64,000 nt of DNA, from the NCBI RefSeq assembly GCF_009914755.1, contig NC_060935.1. The stretch is one strand, 5' to 3'. Numbering within the stretch: the stretch's first letter is position 1; each line of letters opens with the position of its first letter. The translations under genes were made by a program, and so were the position numbers. Source of the DNA: the human T2T-CHM13v2.0 reference genome, Homo sapiens. Below are positions 41,451 to 54,599 of this stretch, in pieces. A model generated the notes under the pieces. The model searched no databases and had not been told where the DNA came from. It saw only the letters and a program-made list of their open reading frames with translations.

Positions 41451-44400
41451 CAGAGTTGAACATTCCTATAGATAGAGCAGGTTGTAAACAATCTTTTTCT
41501 AGAATCTGCGATTGGAGATTTGGACTGCTTTGAGGCCTACTGTAGTAAAGGAAATAACTTCATCTAAAAACCAAACGGAAGCATTCACAGACAATTCTTA
41601 GTGATCATTGGATTGAACTAACACAGCTGAACATTCCTTTAGATGGAGCAGTTTCCAAACACACTTTCTGTAGAATCTGCAAGTGGATATTTGGACTTCT
41701 CTGAGGATTTCATTGGAAACGGGATAAACTTCCCAGAACTACACGGAAGCATTGTGAGAAACTTCTTTGTGATGTTTGCATTCAACCCACAGAGTTGAAC
41801 CTTGCTTTCATAGTTCAGCTTTCAAACACTCTTTTTGTAGAATCTGCAAGTGGATATTTGGACCACTTTGTGGCCTTCCTTCGAAACGGGTATATCTTCA
41901 CATCAAACCTAGACAGAAGCATTCTCAGAATGTTTCCTGTGATGACTGCATTCAACTCACAGAGGTGAACAATCCTGCTGATGGAGCAGTTTTGAAACTC
42001 TCTTTCTTTGGATTCTGCAAGTGGATATGTGGACCTCTGTGAACATTTCGTTGGAAACGGGTTCATCTTCACAGAAAAACTAAACAGAAGCATTCTCAGA
42101 AACTGCTTTGTGATGTTTGTGTTCCACTTCAGGAATTGAACTTTCCTCTTGACAGAGCAGCTCTGAAACCCTCTTATTCTAGAATCTGCAAGTGGACATT
42201 TGGAGGGCTTTGAGGCCTGTGGTGGAAAAGGAAAATCTTCACATAAAAACTAGATGGAAGCATTCTCAGAAACTACTTTGTGATGATTGCATTCGACTCA
42301 CAGAGTTGAACATTCCTATAGATAGAGCAGATTGTAAACAATCTTTTTCTAGAATCTGCGATTGGAGATTTGGACTGCTTTGAGGCCTACTGTAGTAAAG
42401 GAAATAACTTCATCTAAAAACCAAACGGAAGCATTCACAGACAATTCTTAGTGATCATTGGATTGAACTAACAGAGCTGAACATTCCTTTAGATGGCGCA
42501 GTTTCCAAACACACTTTCTGTAGAATCTGCAAGTGGATATTTGGACTTCTCTGAGGATTTCGTTGGAAACGGGATAAACTTCCCAGAACTACACGGAAGC
42601 ATTGTGAGAAACTTCTTTGTGATGTTTGCATTCAACTCACAGAGTTGAACCTTGCTTTCATAGTTCAGCTTTCAAACACTCTTTTTGTAGAATCTGCAAG
42701 TGGATATTTGGACCACTTTGTGGGCTTCCTTCGAAACGGGTATATCTTCACATCAAACCTAGACAGAAGCATTCTCAGAATGTTTCCTGTGATGACTGCA
42801 TTCAACTCACAGAGGTGAACAATCCTGCTGATGGAGCAGTTTTGAAAATCTCTTTCTTTGGATTCTGCAAGTGGATATGTGGACCTCTGTGAAGATTTCG
42901 TTGGAAACGGGTTCATCTTCACAGAAAAACTAAACAGAAGCATTCTCAGAAACTGCTTTGTGATGTTTGTGTTCCACTTCAGGAATTGAACTTTCCTCTT
43001 GACAGAGCAGCTCTGAAACCCTCTTATTCTAGAATCTGCAAGTGGACATTTGGAGGGCTTTGAGGCCTGTGGTGGAAAAGGAAAATCTTCACATAAAAAC
43101 TAGATGGAAGCATTCTCAGAAACTACTTTGTGATGATTGCATTCGACTCACAGAGTTGAACATTCCTATAGATAGAGCAGGTTGTAAACAATCTTTTTGT
43201 AGAATCTGCGATTGGAGATTTGGACTGCTTTGAGGCCTACTGTAGTAAAGGAAATAACTTCATCTAAAAACCAAACGGAAGCATTCACAGACAATTCTTA
43301 GTGATCATTGCATTGAACTAACAGAGCTGAACATTCCTTTAGATGGAGCAGTTTCCAAACACACTTTCTGTAGAATCTGCAAGTGGATATTTGGACTTCT
43401 CTGAGGATTTCGTTGGAAACGGGATAAACTTCCCAGAACTACACGGAAGCATTGTGAGAAACTTCTTTGTGATGTTTGCATTCAACTCACAGAGTTGAAC
43501 CTTGCTTTCATAGTTCAGCTTTCAAACACTCTTTTTGTAGAATCTGCAAGTGGATATTTGGACCACTTTGTGGCCTTCCTTCGAAACGGGTATATCTTCA
43601 CATCAAACCTAGACAGAAGCATTCTCAGAATGTTTCCTGTGAAGACTGCATTCAACTCACAGAGATGAACAATCCTGTTGATGGAGCACTTTGGAAACTC
43701 TCTTTCTTTGGATTCTGCAAGTTGATATGTGGACCTCTGTGAAGATTTCGTTGGAAACGGGTTCATCTTCACAGAAAAACTAAACAGAAGCATTCTCAAA
43801 AATTACTTTGTGATGTTTGTGTTCCACTTCAAGAATTGAACTTTCCTCTTGACAGAGCAGCTCTGAAAACCTCTTTTTCTAGAATCTGCAAGTGGACATT
43901 TGGAGGGCTTTGAGGCCTGTGGTGGAAAAGGAAAATCTTCACATAAAAACTAGATGGAAGCATTCTCAGAAACTACTTTGTGATGATTGCATTCGACTCA
44001 CAGAGTTGAACATTCCTATAGATAGAGCAGGTTGTAAACAATCTTTTTCTAGAATCTGCGATTGGAGATTTGGACTGCTTTGAGGCCTACTGTAGTAAAG
44101 GAAATAACTTCATCTAAAAACCAAACGGAAGCATTCACAGACAATTCTTAGTGATCATTGGATTGAACTAACACAGCTGAACATTCCTTTAGATGGAGCA
44201 GTTTCCAAACACACTTTCTGTAGAATCTGCAAGTGGATATTTGGACTTCTCTGAGGATTTCATTGGAAACGGGATAAACTTCCCAGAACTACACGGAAGC
44301 ATTGTGAGAAACTTCTTTGTGATGTTTGCATTCAACCCACAGAGTTGAACCTTGCTTTCATACTTCAGCTTTCAAACACTCTTTTTGTAGAATCTGCAAG

Positions 44401-47049
44401 TGGATATTTGGACCACTTTGTGGCCTTCCTTCGAAACGGGTATATCTTCACATCAAACCTAGACAGAAGCATTCTCAGAATGTTTCCTGTGATGACTGCA
44501 TTCAACTCACAGAGGTGAACAATCCTGCTGATGGAGCAGTTTTGAAACTCTCTTTCTTTGGATTCTGCAAGTGGATATGTGGACCTCTGTGAAGATTTCG
44601 TTGGAAACGGGTTCATCTTCACAGAAAAACTAAACAGAAGCATTCTCAGAAACTGCTTTGTGATGTTTGTGTTCCACTTCAGGAATTGAACTTTCCTCTT
44701 GACAGAGCAGCTCTGAAACCCTCTTATTCTAGAATCTGCAAGTGGACATTTGGAGGGCTTTGAGGCCTGTGGTGGAAAAGGAAAATCTTCACATAAAAAC
44801 TAGATGGAAGCATTCTCAGAAACTACTTTGTGATGATTGCATTCGACTCACAGAGATGAACATTCCTATAGATAGAGCAGGTTGTAAACAATCTTTTTGT
44901 AGAATCTGCGATTGGAGATTTGGACTGCTTTGAGGCCTACTGTAGTAAAGGAAATAACTTCATCTAAAAACCAAACGGAAGCATTCACAGACAATTCTTA
45001 GTGATCATTGCATTGAACTAACAGAGCTGAACATTCCTTTAGATGGAGCAGTTTCCAAACACACTTTCTGTAGAATCTGCAAGTGGATATTTGGACTTCT
45101 CTGAGGATTTCGTTGGAAACGGGATAAACTTCCCAGAACTACACGGAAGCATTGTGAGAAACTTCTTTGTGATGTTTGCATTCAACTCACAGGGTTGAAC
45201 CTTGCTTTCATAGTTCAGCTTTCAAACACTCTTTTTGTAGAATCTGCAAGTGGATATTTGGACCACTTTGTGGCCTTCCTTCGAAACGGGTATATCTTCA
45301 CATCAAACCTAGACAGAAGCATTCTCAGAATATTTCCTGTGAAGACTGCATTCAACTCACAGAGATGAACAATCCTGTTGATGGAGCACTTTGGAAACTC
45401 TCTTTCTTGGATTCTGCAAGTTGATATGTGGACCTCTGTGAAGATTTCGTTGGAAACGGGTTCATCTTCACAGAAAAACTTACAGAAGCATTCTCAAAAA
45501 TTACTTTGTGATGTTTGTGTTCCACTTCAAGAATTGAACTTTCCTCTTGACAGAGCAGCTCTGAAAACCTCTTTTTCTAGAATCTGCAAGTGGACATTTG
45601 GAGGGCTTTGAGGCCTGTGGTGGAAAAGGAAAATCTTCACATAAAAACTAGATGGAAGCATTCTCAGAAACTACTTTGTGATGATTGCATTCGACTCACA
45701 GAGTTGAACATTCCTATAGATAGAGCAGGTTGTAAACAATCTTTTTCTAGAATCTGCGATTGGAGATTTGGACTGCTTTGAGGCCTACTGTAGTAAAGGA
45801 AATAACTTCATCTAAAAACCAAACGGAAGCATTCACAGAAAATTCTTAGTTGATCATTGGATTGAACTAACACAGCTGAACATTCCTTTAGATGGAGCAG
45901 TTTCCAAACACACTTTCTGTAGAATCTGCAAGTGGATATTTGGACTTCTCTGAGGATTTCATTGGAAACGGGATAAACTTCCCAGAACTACACGGAAGCA
46001 TTGTGAGAAACTTCTTTGTGATGTTTGCATTCAACTCACAGAGTTGAACCTTGCTTTCATAGTTCAGCTTTCAAACACTCTTTTTGTAGAATCTGCAAGT
46101 GGATATTTGGACCACTTTGTGGCCTTCCTTCGAAACGGGTATATCTTCACATCAAACCTAGACAGAAGCATTCTCAGAATGTTTCCTGTGATGACTGCAT
46201 TCAACTCACAGAGGTGAACAATCCTGCTGATGGAGCAGTTTTGAAACTCTCTTTCTTTGGATTCTGCAAGTGGATATGTGGACCTCTGTGAAGATTTCGT
46301 TGGAAACGGGTTCATCTTCACAGAAAAACTAAACAGAAGCATTCTCAGAAACTGCTTTGTGATGTTTGTGTTCCACTTCAGGAATTGAACTTTCCTCTTG
46401 ACAGAGCAGCTCTGAAACCCTCTTATTCTAGAATCTGCAAGTGGACATTTGGAGGGCTTTGAGGCCTGTGGTGGAAAAGGAAAATCTTCACATAAAAACT
46501 AGATGGAAGCATTCTCAGAAACTACTTTGTGATGATTGCATTCGACTCACAGAGTTGAACATTCCTATAGATAGAGCAGGTTGTAAACAATCTTTTTGTA
46601 GAATCTGCGATTGGAGATTTGGACTGCTTTGAGGCCTACTGTAGTAAAGGAAATAACTTCATCTAAAAACCAAACGGAAGCATTCACAGACAATTCTTAG
46701 TGATCATTGGATTGAACTAACAGAGCTGAACATTCCTTTAGATGGAGCAGTTTCCAAACCCACTTTCTGTAGAATCTGCAAGTGGATATTTGGACTTCTC
46801 TGAGAATTTCGTTGGAAACGAGATAAACTTCCCAGAACTACAGGGAAGCATTGTGAGAAAATTCTTTGTGATGTTTGCATTCAACTCACAGAGTTGAACC
46901 TTGCTTTCATAGTTCAGCTTTCAAACACTCTTTTTGTAGAATCTGCAAGTGGATATTTGGACCACTTTGTGGCCTTCCTTCGAAACGGGTATATCTTCAC
47001 ATTAAACCTAGACAGAAGCATTCTCAGAATGTTTCCTGTGATGACTGCA

Positions 47050-50000
47050 TTCAACTCACAGAGGTGAACAATCCTGCTGATGGAGCAGTGTTGAAACTCT
47101 CTTTCTTTGGATTCTGCAAGTGGATATGTGGACCTCTGTGAAGATTTCGTTGGAAACGGGTTCATCTTCACAGAAAAACTAAACAGGAGCATTCTCAGAA
47201 ACTGCTTTGTGATGTTTGTGTTCCACTTCAAGAACTGAACTTTCCTCTTGACAGAGCAGCTCTGAAACCCTCTTTTTCTAGAATCTGCAAGTGGACATTT
47301 GGAGGGCTTTGAGGCCTGTGGTGGAAAAGGAAAATCTTCACATAAAAACTAGATGGAAGCATTCTCAGAAACTACTTTGTGATGATTGCATTCGACTCAC
47401 AGAGTTGAACATTCCTATAGATAGAGCAGGTTGTAAACAATCTTTTTGTAGAATCTGCGATTGGAGATTTGGACTGCTTTGAGGCCTACTGTAGTAAAGG
47501 AAATAACTTCATCTAAAAACCAAACGGAAGCATTCACAGACAATTCTTAGTGATCATTGCATTGAACTAACAGAGCTGAACATTCCTTTAGATGGCGCAG
47601 TTTCCAAACACACTTTCTGTAGAATCTGCAAGTGGATATTTGGACCTCTCTGAGGATTTCGTTGGAAACGGGATAAACTTCCCAGAACTACACGGAAGCA
47701 TTGTGAGAAACTTCTTTGTGATGTTTGCATTCAACTCACAGAGTTGAACCTTGCTTTCATAGTTCAGCTTTCAAACACTCTTTTTGTAGAATCTGCAAGT
47801 GGATATTTGGACCACTTTGTGGCCTTCCTTCGAAACGGGTATATCTTCACATCAAACCTAGACAGAAGCATTCTCAGAATGTTTCCTGTGATGACTGCAT
47901 TCAACTCACAGAGGTGAATAATCCTGTTGATGGAGCACTTTTGAAACTCTCTTTCTTTGGATTCTGCAAGTTGATATGTGGACCTCTGTGAAGATTTCGT
48001 TGGAAACGGGTTCATCTTCACAGAAAAACTAAACAGAAGCATTCTCAGAAACTACTTTGTGATATTTTGTTCCACTTCAAGAATTGAACTTTCCTCTTGA
48101 CAGAGCAGCTCTGAAACCCTCTTTTTCTAGAATCTGCAAGTGGACATTTGGAGGGCTTTGAGGCCTGTGGTGGAAAAGGAAAATCTTCTCATAAAAACTA
48201 GATGGAAGCATTCTCAGAAACTACTTTGTGATGATTGCATTCGACTCACAGAGTTGAACATTCCTATAGATAGAGCAGGTTGTAAACAATCTTTTTGTAG
48301 AATCTGCGATTGGAGATTTGGACTGCTTTGAGGCCTACTGTAGTAAAGGAAATAACTTCATCTAAAAACCAAACGGAAGCATTCACAGACAATTCTTAGT
48401 GATCATTGGATTGAACTAACACAGCTGAACATTCCTTTAGATGGAGCAGTTTCCAAACACACTTTCTGTAGAATCTGCAAGTGGATATTTGGACTTCTCT
48501 GAGGATTTCATTGGAAACGGGATAAACTTCCCAGAACTACACGGAAGCATTGTGAGAAACTTCTTTGTGATGTTTGCATTCAACCCACAGAGTTGAACCT
48601 TGCTTTCATAGTTCAGCTTTCAAACACTCTTTTTGTAGAATCTGCAAGTGGATATTTGGACCACTTTGTGGCCTTCCTTCGAAACGGGTATATCTTCACA
48701 TCAAACCTAGACAGAAGCATTCTCAGAATGTTTCCTGTGATGACTGCATTCAACTCACAGAGGTGAACAATCCTGCTGATGGAGCAGTGTTGAAACTCTC
48801 TTTCTTTGGATTCTGCAAGTGGATATGTGGACCTCTGTGAAGATTTCGTTGGAAACGGGTTCATCTTCACAGAAAAACTAAACAGGAGCATTCTCAGAAA
48901 CTGCTTTGTGATGTTTGTGTTCCACTTCAAGAACTGAACTTTCCTCTTGACAGAGCAGCTCTGAAACCCTCTTTTTCTAGAATCTGCAAGTGGACATTTG
49001 GAGGGCTTTGAGGCCTGTGGTGGAAAAGGAAAATCTTCACATAAAAACTAGATGGAAGCATTCTCAGAAACTACTTTGTGATGATTGCATTCGACTCACA
49101 GAGTTGAACATTCCTATAGATAGAGCAGGTTGTAAACAATCTTTTTGTAGAATCTGCGATTGGAGATTTGGACTGCTTTGAGGCCTACTGTAGTAAAGGA
49201 AATAACTTCATCTAAAAACCAAACGGAAGCATTCACAGACAATTCTTAGTGATCATTGCATTGAACTAACAGAGCTGAACATTCCTTTAGATGGCGCAGT
49301 TTCCAAACACACTTTCTGTAGAATCTGCAAGTGGATATTTGGACCTCTCTGAGGATTTCGTTGGAAACGGGATAAACTTCCCAGAACTACACGGAAGCAT
49401 TGTGAGAAACTTCTTTGTGATGTTTGCATTCAACTCACAGAGTTGAACCTTGCTTTCATAGTTCAGCTTTCAAACACTCTTTTTGTAGAATCTGCAAGTG
49501 GATATTTGGAGCACTTTGTGGCCTTCCTTCGAAACGGGTATATCTTCACATCAAACCTAGACAGAAGCATTCTCAGAATGTTTCCTGTGATGACTGCATT
49601 CAACTCACAGAGGTGAATAATCCTGTTGATGGAGCACTTTTGAAACTCTCTTTCTTTGGATTCTGCAAGTTGATATGTGGACCTCTGTGAAGATTTCGTT
49701 GGAAACGGGTTCATCTTCACAGAAAAACTAAACAGAAGCATTCTCAGAAACTACTTTGTGATATTTTGTTCCACTTCAAGAATTGAACTTTCCTCTTGAC
49801 AGAGCAGCTCTGAAACCCTCTTTTTCTAGAATCTGCAAGTGGACATTTGGAGGGCTTTGAGGCCTGTGGTGGAAAAGGAAAATCTTCTCATAAAAACTAG
49901 ATGGAAGCATTCTCAGAAACTACTTTGTGATGATTGCATTCGACTCACAGAGTTGAACATTCCTATAGATAGAGCAGGTTGTAAACAATCTTTTTGTAGA

Positions 50001-50450
50001 ATCTGCGATTGGAGATTTGGACTGCTTTGAGGCCTACTGTAGTAAAGGAAATAACTTCATCTAAAAACCAAACGGAAGCATTCACAGACAATTCTTAGTG
50101 ATCATTGGATTGAACTAACACAGCTGAACATTCCTTTAGATGGAGCAGTTTCCAAACACACTTTCTGTAGAATCTGCAAGTGGATATTTGGACTTCTCTG
50201 AGGATTTCATTGGAAACGGGATAAACTTCCCAGAACTACACGGAAGCATTGTGAGAAACTTCTTTGTGATGTTTGCATTCAACCCACAGAGTTGAACCTT
50301 GCTTTCATAGTTCAGCTTTCAAACACTCTTTTTGTAGAATCTGCAAGTGGATATTTGGACCACTTTGTGGCCTTCCTTCGAAACGGGTATATCTTCACAT
50401 CAAACCTAGACAGAAGCATTCTCAGAATGTTTCCTGTGATGACTGCATTC
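47050..50450 (+). repeat. 1699-bp (2-HOR) tandem duplication
   Basis: Variants paired at +1699: 47090/48789, 47919/49618, GATATTTTG deletion allele ~48064/49763, 48189/49888, 48510/50209. Confidence 0.9.
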
Positions 50451-50699
50451 AACTCACAGAGGTGAACAATCCTGCTGATGGAGCAGTTTTGAAACTCTCT
50501 TTCTTTGGATTCTGCAAGTGGATATGTGGACCTCTGTGAAGATTTCGTTGGAAACGGGTTCATCTTCACAGAAAAACTAAACAGAAGCATTCTCAGAAAC
50601 TGCTTTGTGATGTTTGTGTTCCACTTCAGGAATTGAACTTTCCTCTTGACAGAGCAGCTCTGAAACCCTCTTATTCTAGAATCTGCAAGTGGACATTTG

Positions 50700-52600
50700 G
50701 AGGGCTTTGAGGCCTGTGGTGGAAAAGGAAAATCTTCACATAAAAACTAGATGGAAGCATTCTCAGAAACTACTTTGTGATGATTGCATTCGACTCACAG
50801 AGTTGAACATTCCTATAGATAGAGCAGGTTGTAAACAATCTTTTTGTAGAATCTGCGATTGGAGATTTGGACTGCTTTGAGGCCTACTGTAGTAAAGGAA
50901 ATAACTTCATCTAAAAACCAAACGGAAGCATTCACAGACAATTCTTAGTGATCATTGCATTGAACTAACAGAGCTGAACATTCCTTTAGATGGAGCAGTT
51001 TCCAAACACACTTTCTGTAGAATCTGCAAGTGGATATTTGGACTTCTCTGAGGATTTCGTTGGAAACGGGATAAACTTCCCAGAACTACACGGAAGCATT
51101 GTGAGAAACTTCTTTGTGATGTTTGCATTCAACTCACAGGGTTGAACCTTGCTTTCATAGTTCAGCTTTCAAACACTCTTTTTGTAGAATCTGCAAGTGG
51201 ATATTTGGACCACTTTGTGGCCTTCCTTCGAAACGGGTATATCTTCACATCAAACCTAGACAGAAGCATTCTCAGAATATTTCCTGTGAAGACTGCATTC
51301 AACTCACAGAGATGAACAATCCTGTTGATGGAGCACTTTGGAAACTCTCTTTCTTGGATTCTGCAAGTTGATATGTGGACCTCTGTGAAGATTTCGTTGG
51401 AAACGGGTTCATCTTCACAGAAAAACTAACAGAAGCATTCTCAAAAATTACTTTGTGATGTTTGTGTTCCACTTCAAGAATTGAACTTTACTCTTGACAG
51501 AGCAGCTCTGAAAACCTCTTTTTCTAGAATCTGCAAGTGGACATTTGGAGGGCTTTGAGGCCTGTGGTGGAAAAGGAAAATCTTCACATAAAAACTAGAT
51601 GGAAGCATTCTCAGAAACTACTTTGTGATGATTGCATTCGACTCACAGAGTTGAACATTCCTATAGATAGAGCAGGTTGTAAACAATCTTTTTGTAGAAT
51701 CTGCGATTGGAGATTTGGACTGCTTTGAGGCCTACTGTAGTAAAGGAAATAACTTCATCTAAAAACCAAACGGAAGCATTCACAGACAATTCTTAGTGAT
51801 CATTGCATTGAACTAACAGAGCTGAACATTCCTTTAGATGGAGCAGTTTCCAAACACACTTTCTGTAGAATCTGCAAGTGGATATTTGGACTTCTCTGAG
51901 GATTTCGTTGGAAACGGGATAAACTTCCCAGAACTACACGGAAGCATTGTGAGAAACTTCTTTGTGATGTTTGCATTCAACTCACAGGGTTGAACCTTGC
52001 TTTCATAGTTCAGCTTTCAAACACTCTTTTTGTAGAATCTGCAAGTGGATATTTGGACCACTTTGTGGCCTTCCTTCGAAACGGGTATATCTTCACATCA
52101 AACCTAGACAGAAGCATTCTCAGAATATTTCCTGTGAAGACTGCATTCAACTCACAGAGATGAACAATCCTGTTGATGGAGCACTTTGGAAACTCTCTTT
52201 CTTGGATTCTGCAAGTTGATATGTGGACCTCTGTGAAGATTTCGTTGGAAACGGGTTCATCTTCACAGAAAAACTAACAGAAGCATTCTCAAAAATTACT
52301 TTGTGATGTTTGTGTTCCACTTCAAGAATTGAACTTTCCTCTTGACAGAGCAGCTCTGAAAACCTCTTTTTCTAGAATCTGCAAGTGGACATTTGGAGGG
52401 CTTTGAGGCCTGTGGTGGAAAAGGAAAATCTTCACATAAAAACTAGATGGAAGCATTCTCAGAAACTACTTTGTGATGATTGCATTCGACTCACAGAGTT
52501 GAACATTCCTATAGATAGAGCAGGTTGTAAACAATCTTTTTGTAGAATCTGCGATTGGAGATTTGGACTGCTTTGAGGCCTACTGTAGTAAAGGAAATAA
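50700..52600 (+). repeat. Adjacent pair of 848-bp variant HORs (single-HOR duplication)
   Basis: Identical frameshifted ORFs at 51123 and 51971 (+848). Both carry ACAGGGTTG, AATATTTCC and the same two 1-bp deletions. Confidence 0.85.
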
Positions 52601-54599
52601 CTTCATCTAAAAACCTAACGGAAGCATTCACAGACAATTCTTAGTGATCATTGGATTGAACTAACAGAGCTGAACATTCCTTTAGATGGAGCAGTTTCCA
52701 AACACACTTTCTGTAGAATCTGCAAGTGGATATTTGGACTTCTCTGAGGATTTCATTGGAAACGGGATAAACTTCCCAGAACTACACGGAAGCATTGTGA
52801 GAAACTTCTTTGTGATGTTTGCATTCAACTCACAGAGTTGAACCTTGCTTTCATAGTTCAGCTTTCAAACACTCTTTTTGTAGAATCTGCAAGTGGATAT
52901 TTGGACCACTTTGTGGCCTTCCTTCGAAACGGGTATATCTTCACATCAAACCTAGACAGAAGCATTCTCAGAATGTTTCCTGTGATGACTGCATTCAACT
53001 CACAGAGGTGAACAATCCTGCTGATGGAGCAGTTTTGAAACTCTCTTTCTTTGGATTCTGCAAGTGGATATGTGGACCTCTGTGAAGATTTCGTTGGAAA
53101 CGGGTTCATCTTCACAGAAAAACTAAACAGAAGCATTCTCAGAAACTGCTTTGTGATGTTTGTGTTCCACTTCAGGAATTGAACTTTCCTCTTGACAGAG
53201 CAGCTCTGAAACCCTCTTATTCTAGAATCTGCAAGTGGACATTTGGAGGGCTTTGAGGCCTGTGGTGGAAAAGGAAAATCTTCACATAAAAACTAGATGG
53301 AAGCATTCTCAGAAACTACTTTGTGATGATTGCATTCGACTCACAGAGTTGAACATTCCTATAGATAGAGCAGGTTGTAAACAATCTTTTTGTAGAATCT
53401 GCGATTGGAGATTTGGACTGCTTTGAGGCCTACTGTAGTAAAGGAAATAACTTCATCTAAAAACCAAACGGAAGCATTCACAGACAATTCTTAGTGATCA
53501 TTGCATTGAACTAACAGAGCTGAACATTCCTTTAGATGGCGCAGTTTCCAAACACACTTTCTGTAGAATCTGCAAGTGGATATTTGGACCTCTCTGAGGA
53601 TTTCGTTGGAAACGGGATAAACTTCCCAGAACTACACGGAAGCATTGTGAGAAACTTCTTTGTGATGTTTGCATTCAACTCACAGAGTTGAACCTTGCTT
53701 TCATAGTTCAGCTTTCAAACACTCTTTTTGTAGAATCTGCAAGTGGATATTTGGACCACTTTGTGGCCTTCCTTCGAAACGGGTATATCTTCACATCAAA
53801 CCTAGACAGAAGCATTCTCAGAATGTTTCCTGTGATGACTGCATTCAACTCACAGAGGTGAATAATCCTGTTGATGGAGCACTTTTGAAACTCTCTTTCT
53901 TTGGATTCTGCAAGTTGATATGTGGACCTCTGTGAAGATTTCGTTGGAAACGGGTTCATCTTCACAGAAAAACTAAACAGAAGCATTCTCAGAAACTACT
54001 TTGTGATGTTTTGTTCCACTTCAAGAATTGAACTTTCCTCTTGACAGAGCAGCTCTGAAACCCTCTTTTTCTAGAATCTGCAAGTGGACATTTGGAGGGC
54101 TTTGAGGCCTGTGGTGGAAAAGGAAAATCTTCTCATAAAAACTAGATGGAAGCATTCTCAGAAACTACTTTGTGATGATTGCATTCGACTCACAGAGTTG
54201 AACATTCCTATAGATAGAGCAGGTTGTAAACAATCTTTTTGTAGAATCTGCGATTGGAGATTTGGACTGCTTTGAGGCCTACTGTAGTAAAGGAAATAAC
54301 TTCATCTAAAAACCAAACGGAAGCATTCACAGACAATTCTTAGTGATCATTGCATTGAACTAACAGAGGTGAACATTCCTTTAGATGGCGCAGTTTCCAA
54401 ACACACTTTCTGTAGAATCTGCAAGTGGATATTTGGACCTCTCTGAGGATTTCGTTGGAAACGGGATAAACTTCCCAGAACTACACGGAAGCATGCTGAG
54501 AAACTTCTTTGTGATGTTTGCATTCAACTCACAGAGTTGAACCTTGCTTTCATAGTTCAGCTTTCAAACACTCTTTTTGTAGAATCTGCAAGTGGATAT

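Noticed and set aside
17955-45855. Singleton 1-bp indels at ~17961, ~38365 and ~45851
   Set aside because: They lie in or next to short homopolymers and are absent from their duplicate partners, so they cannot be told from sequencing error without reads.
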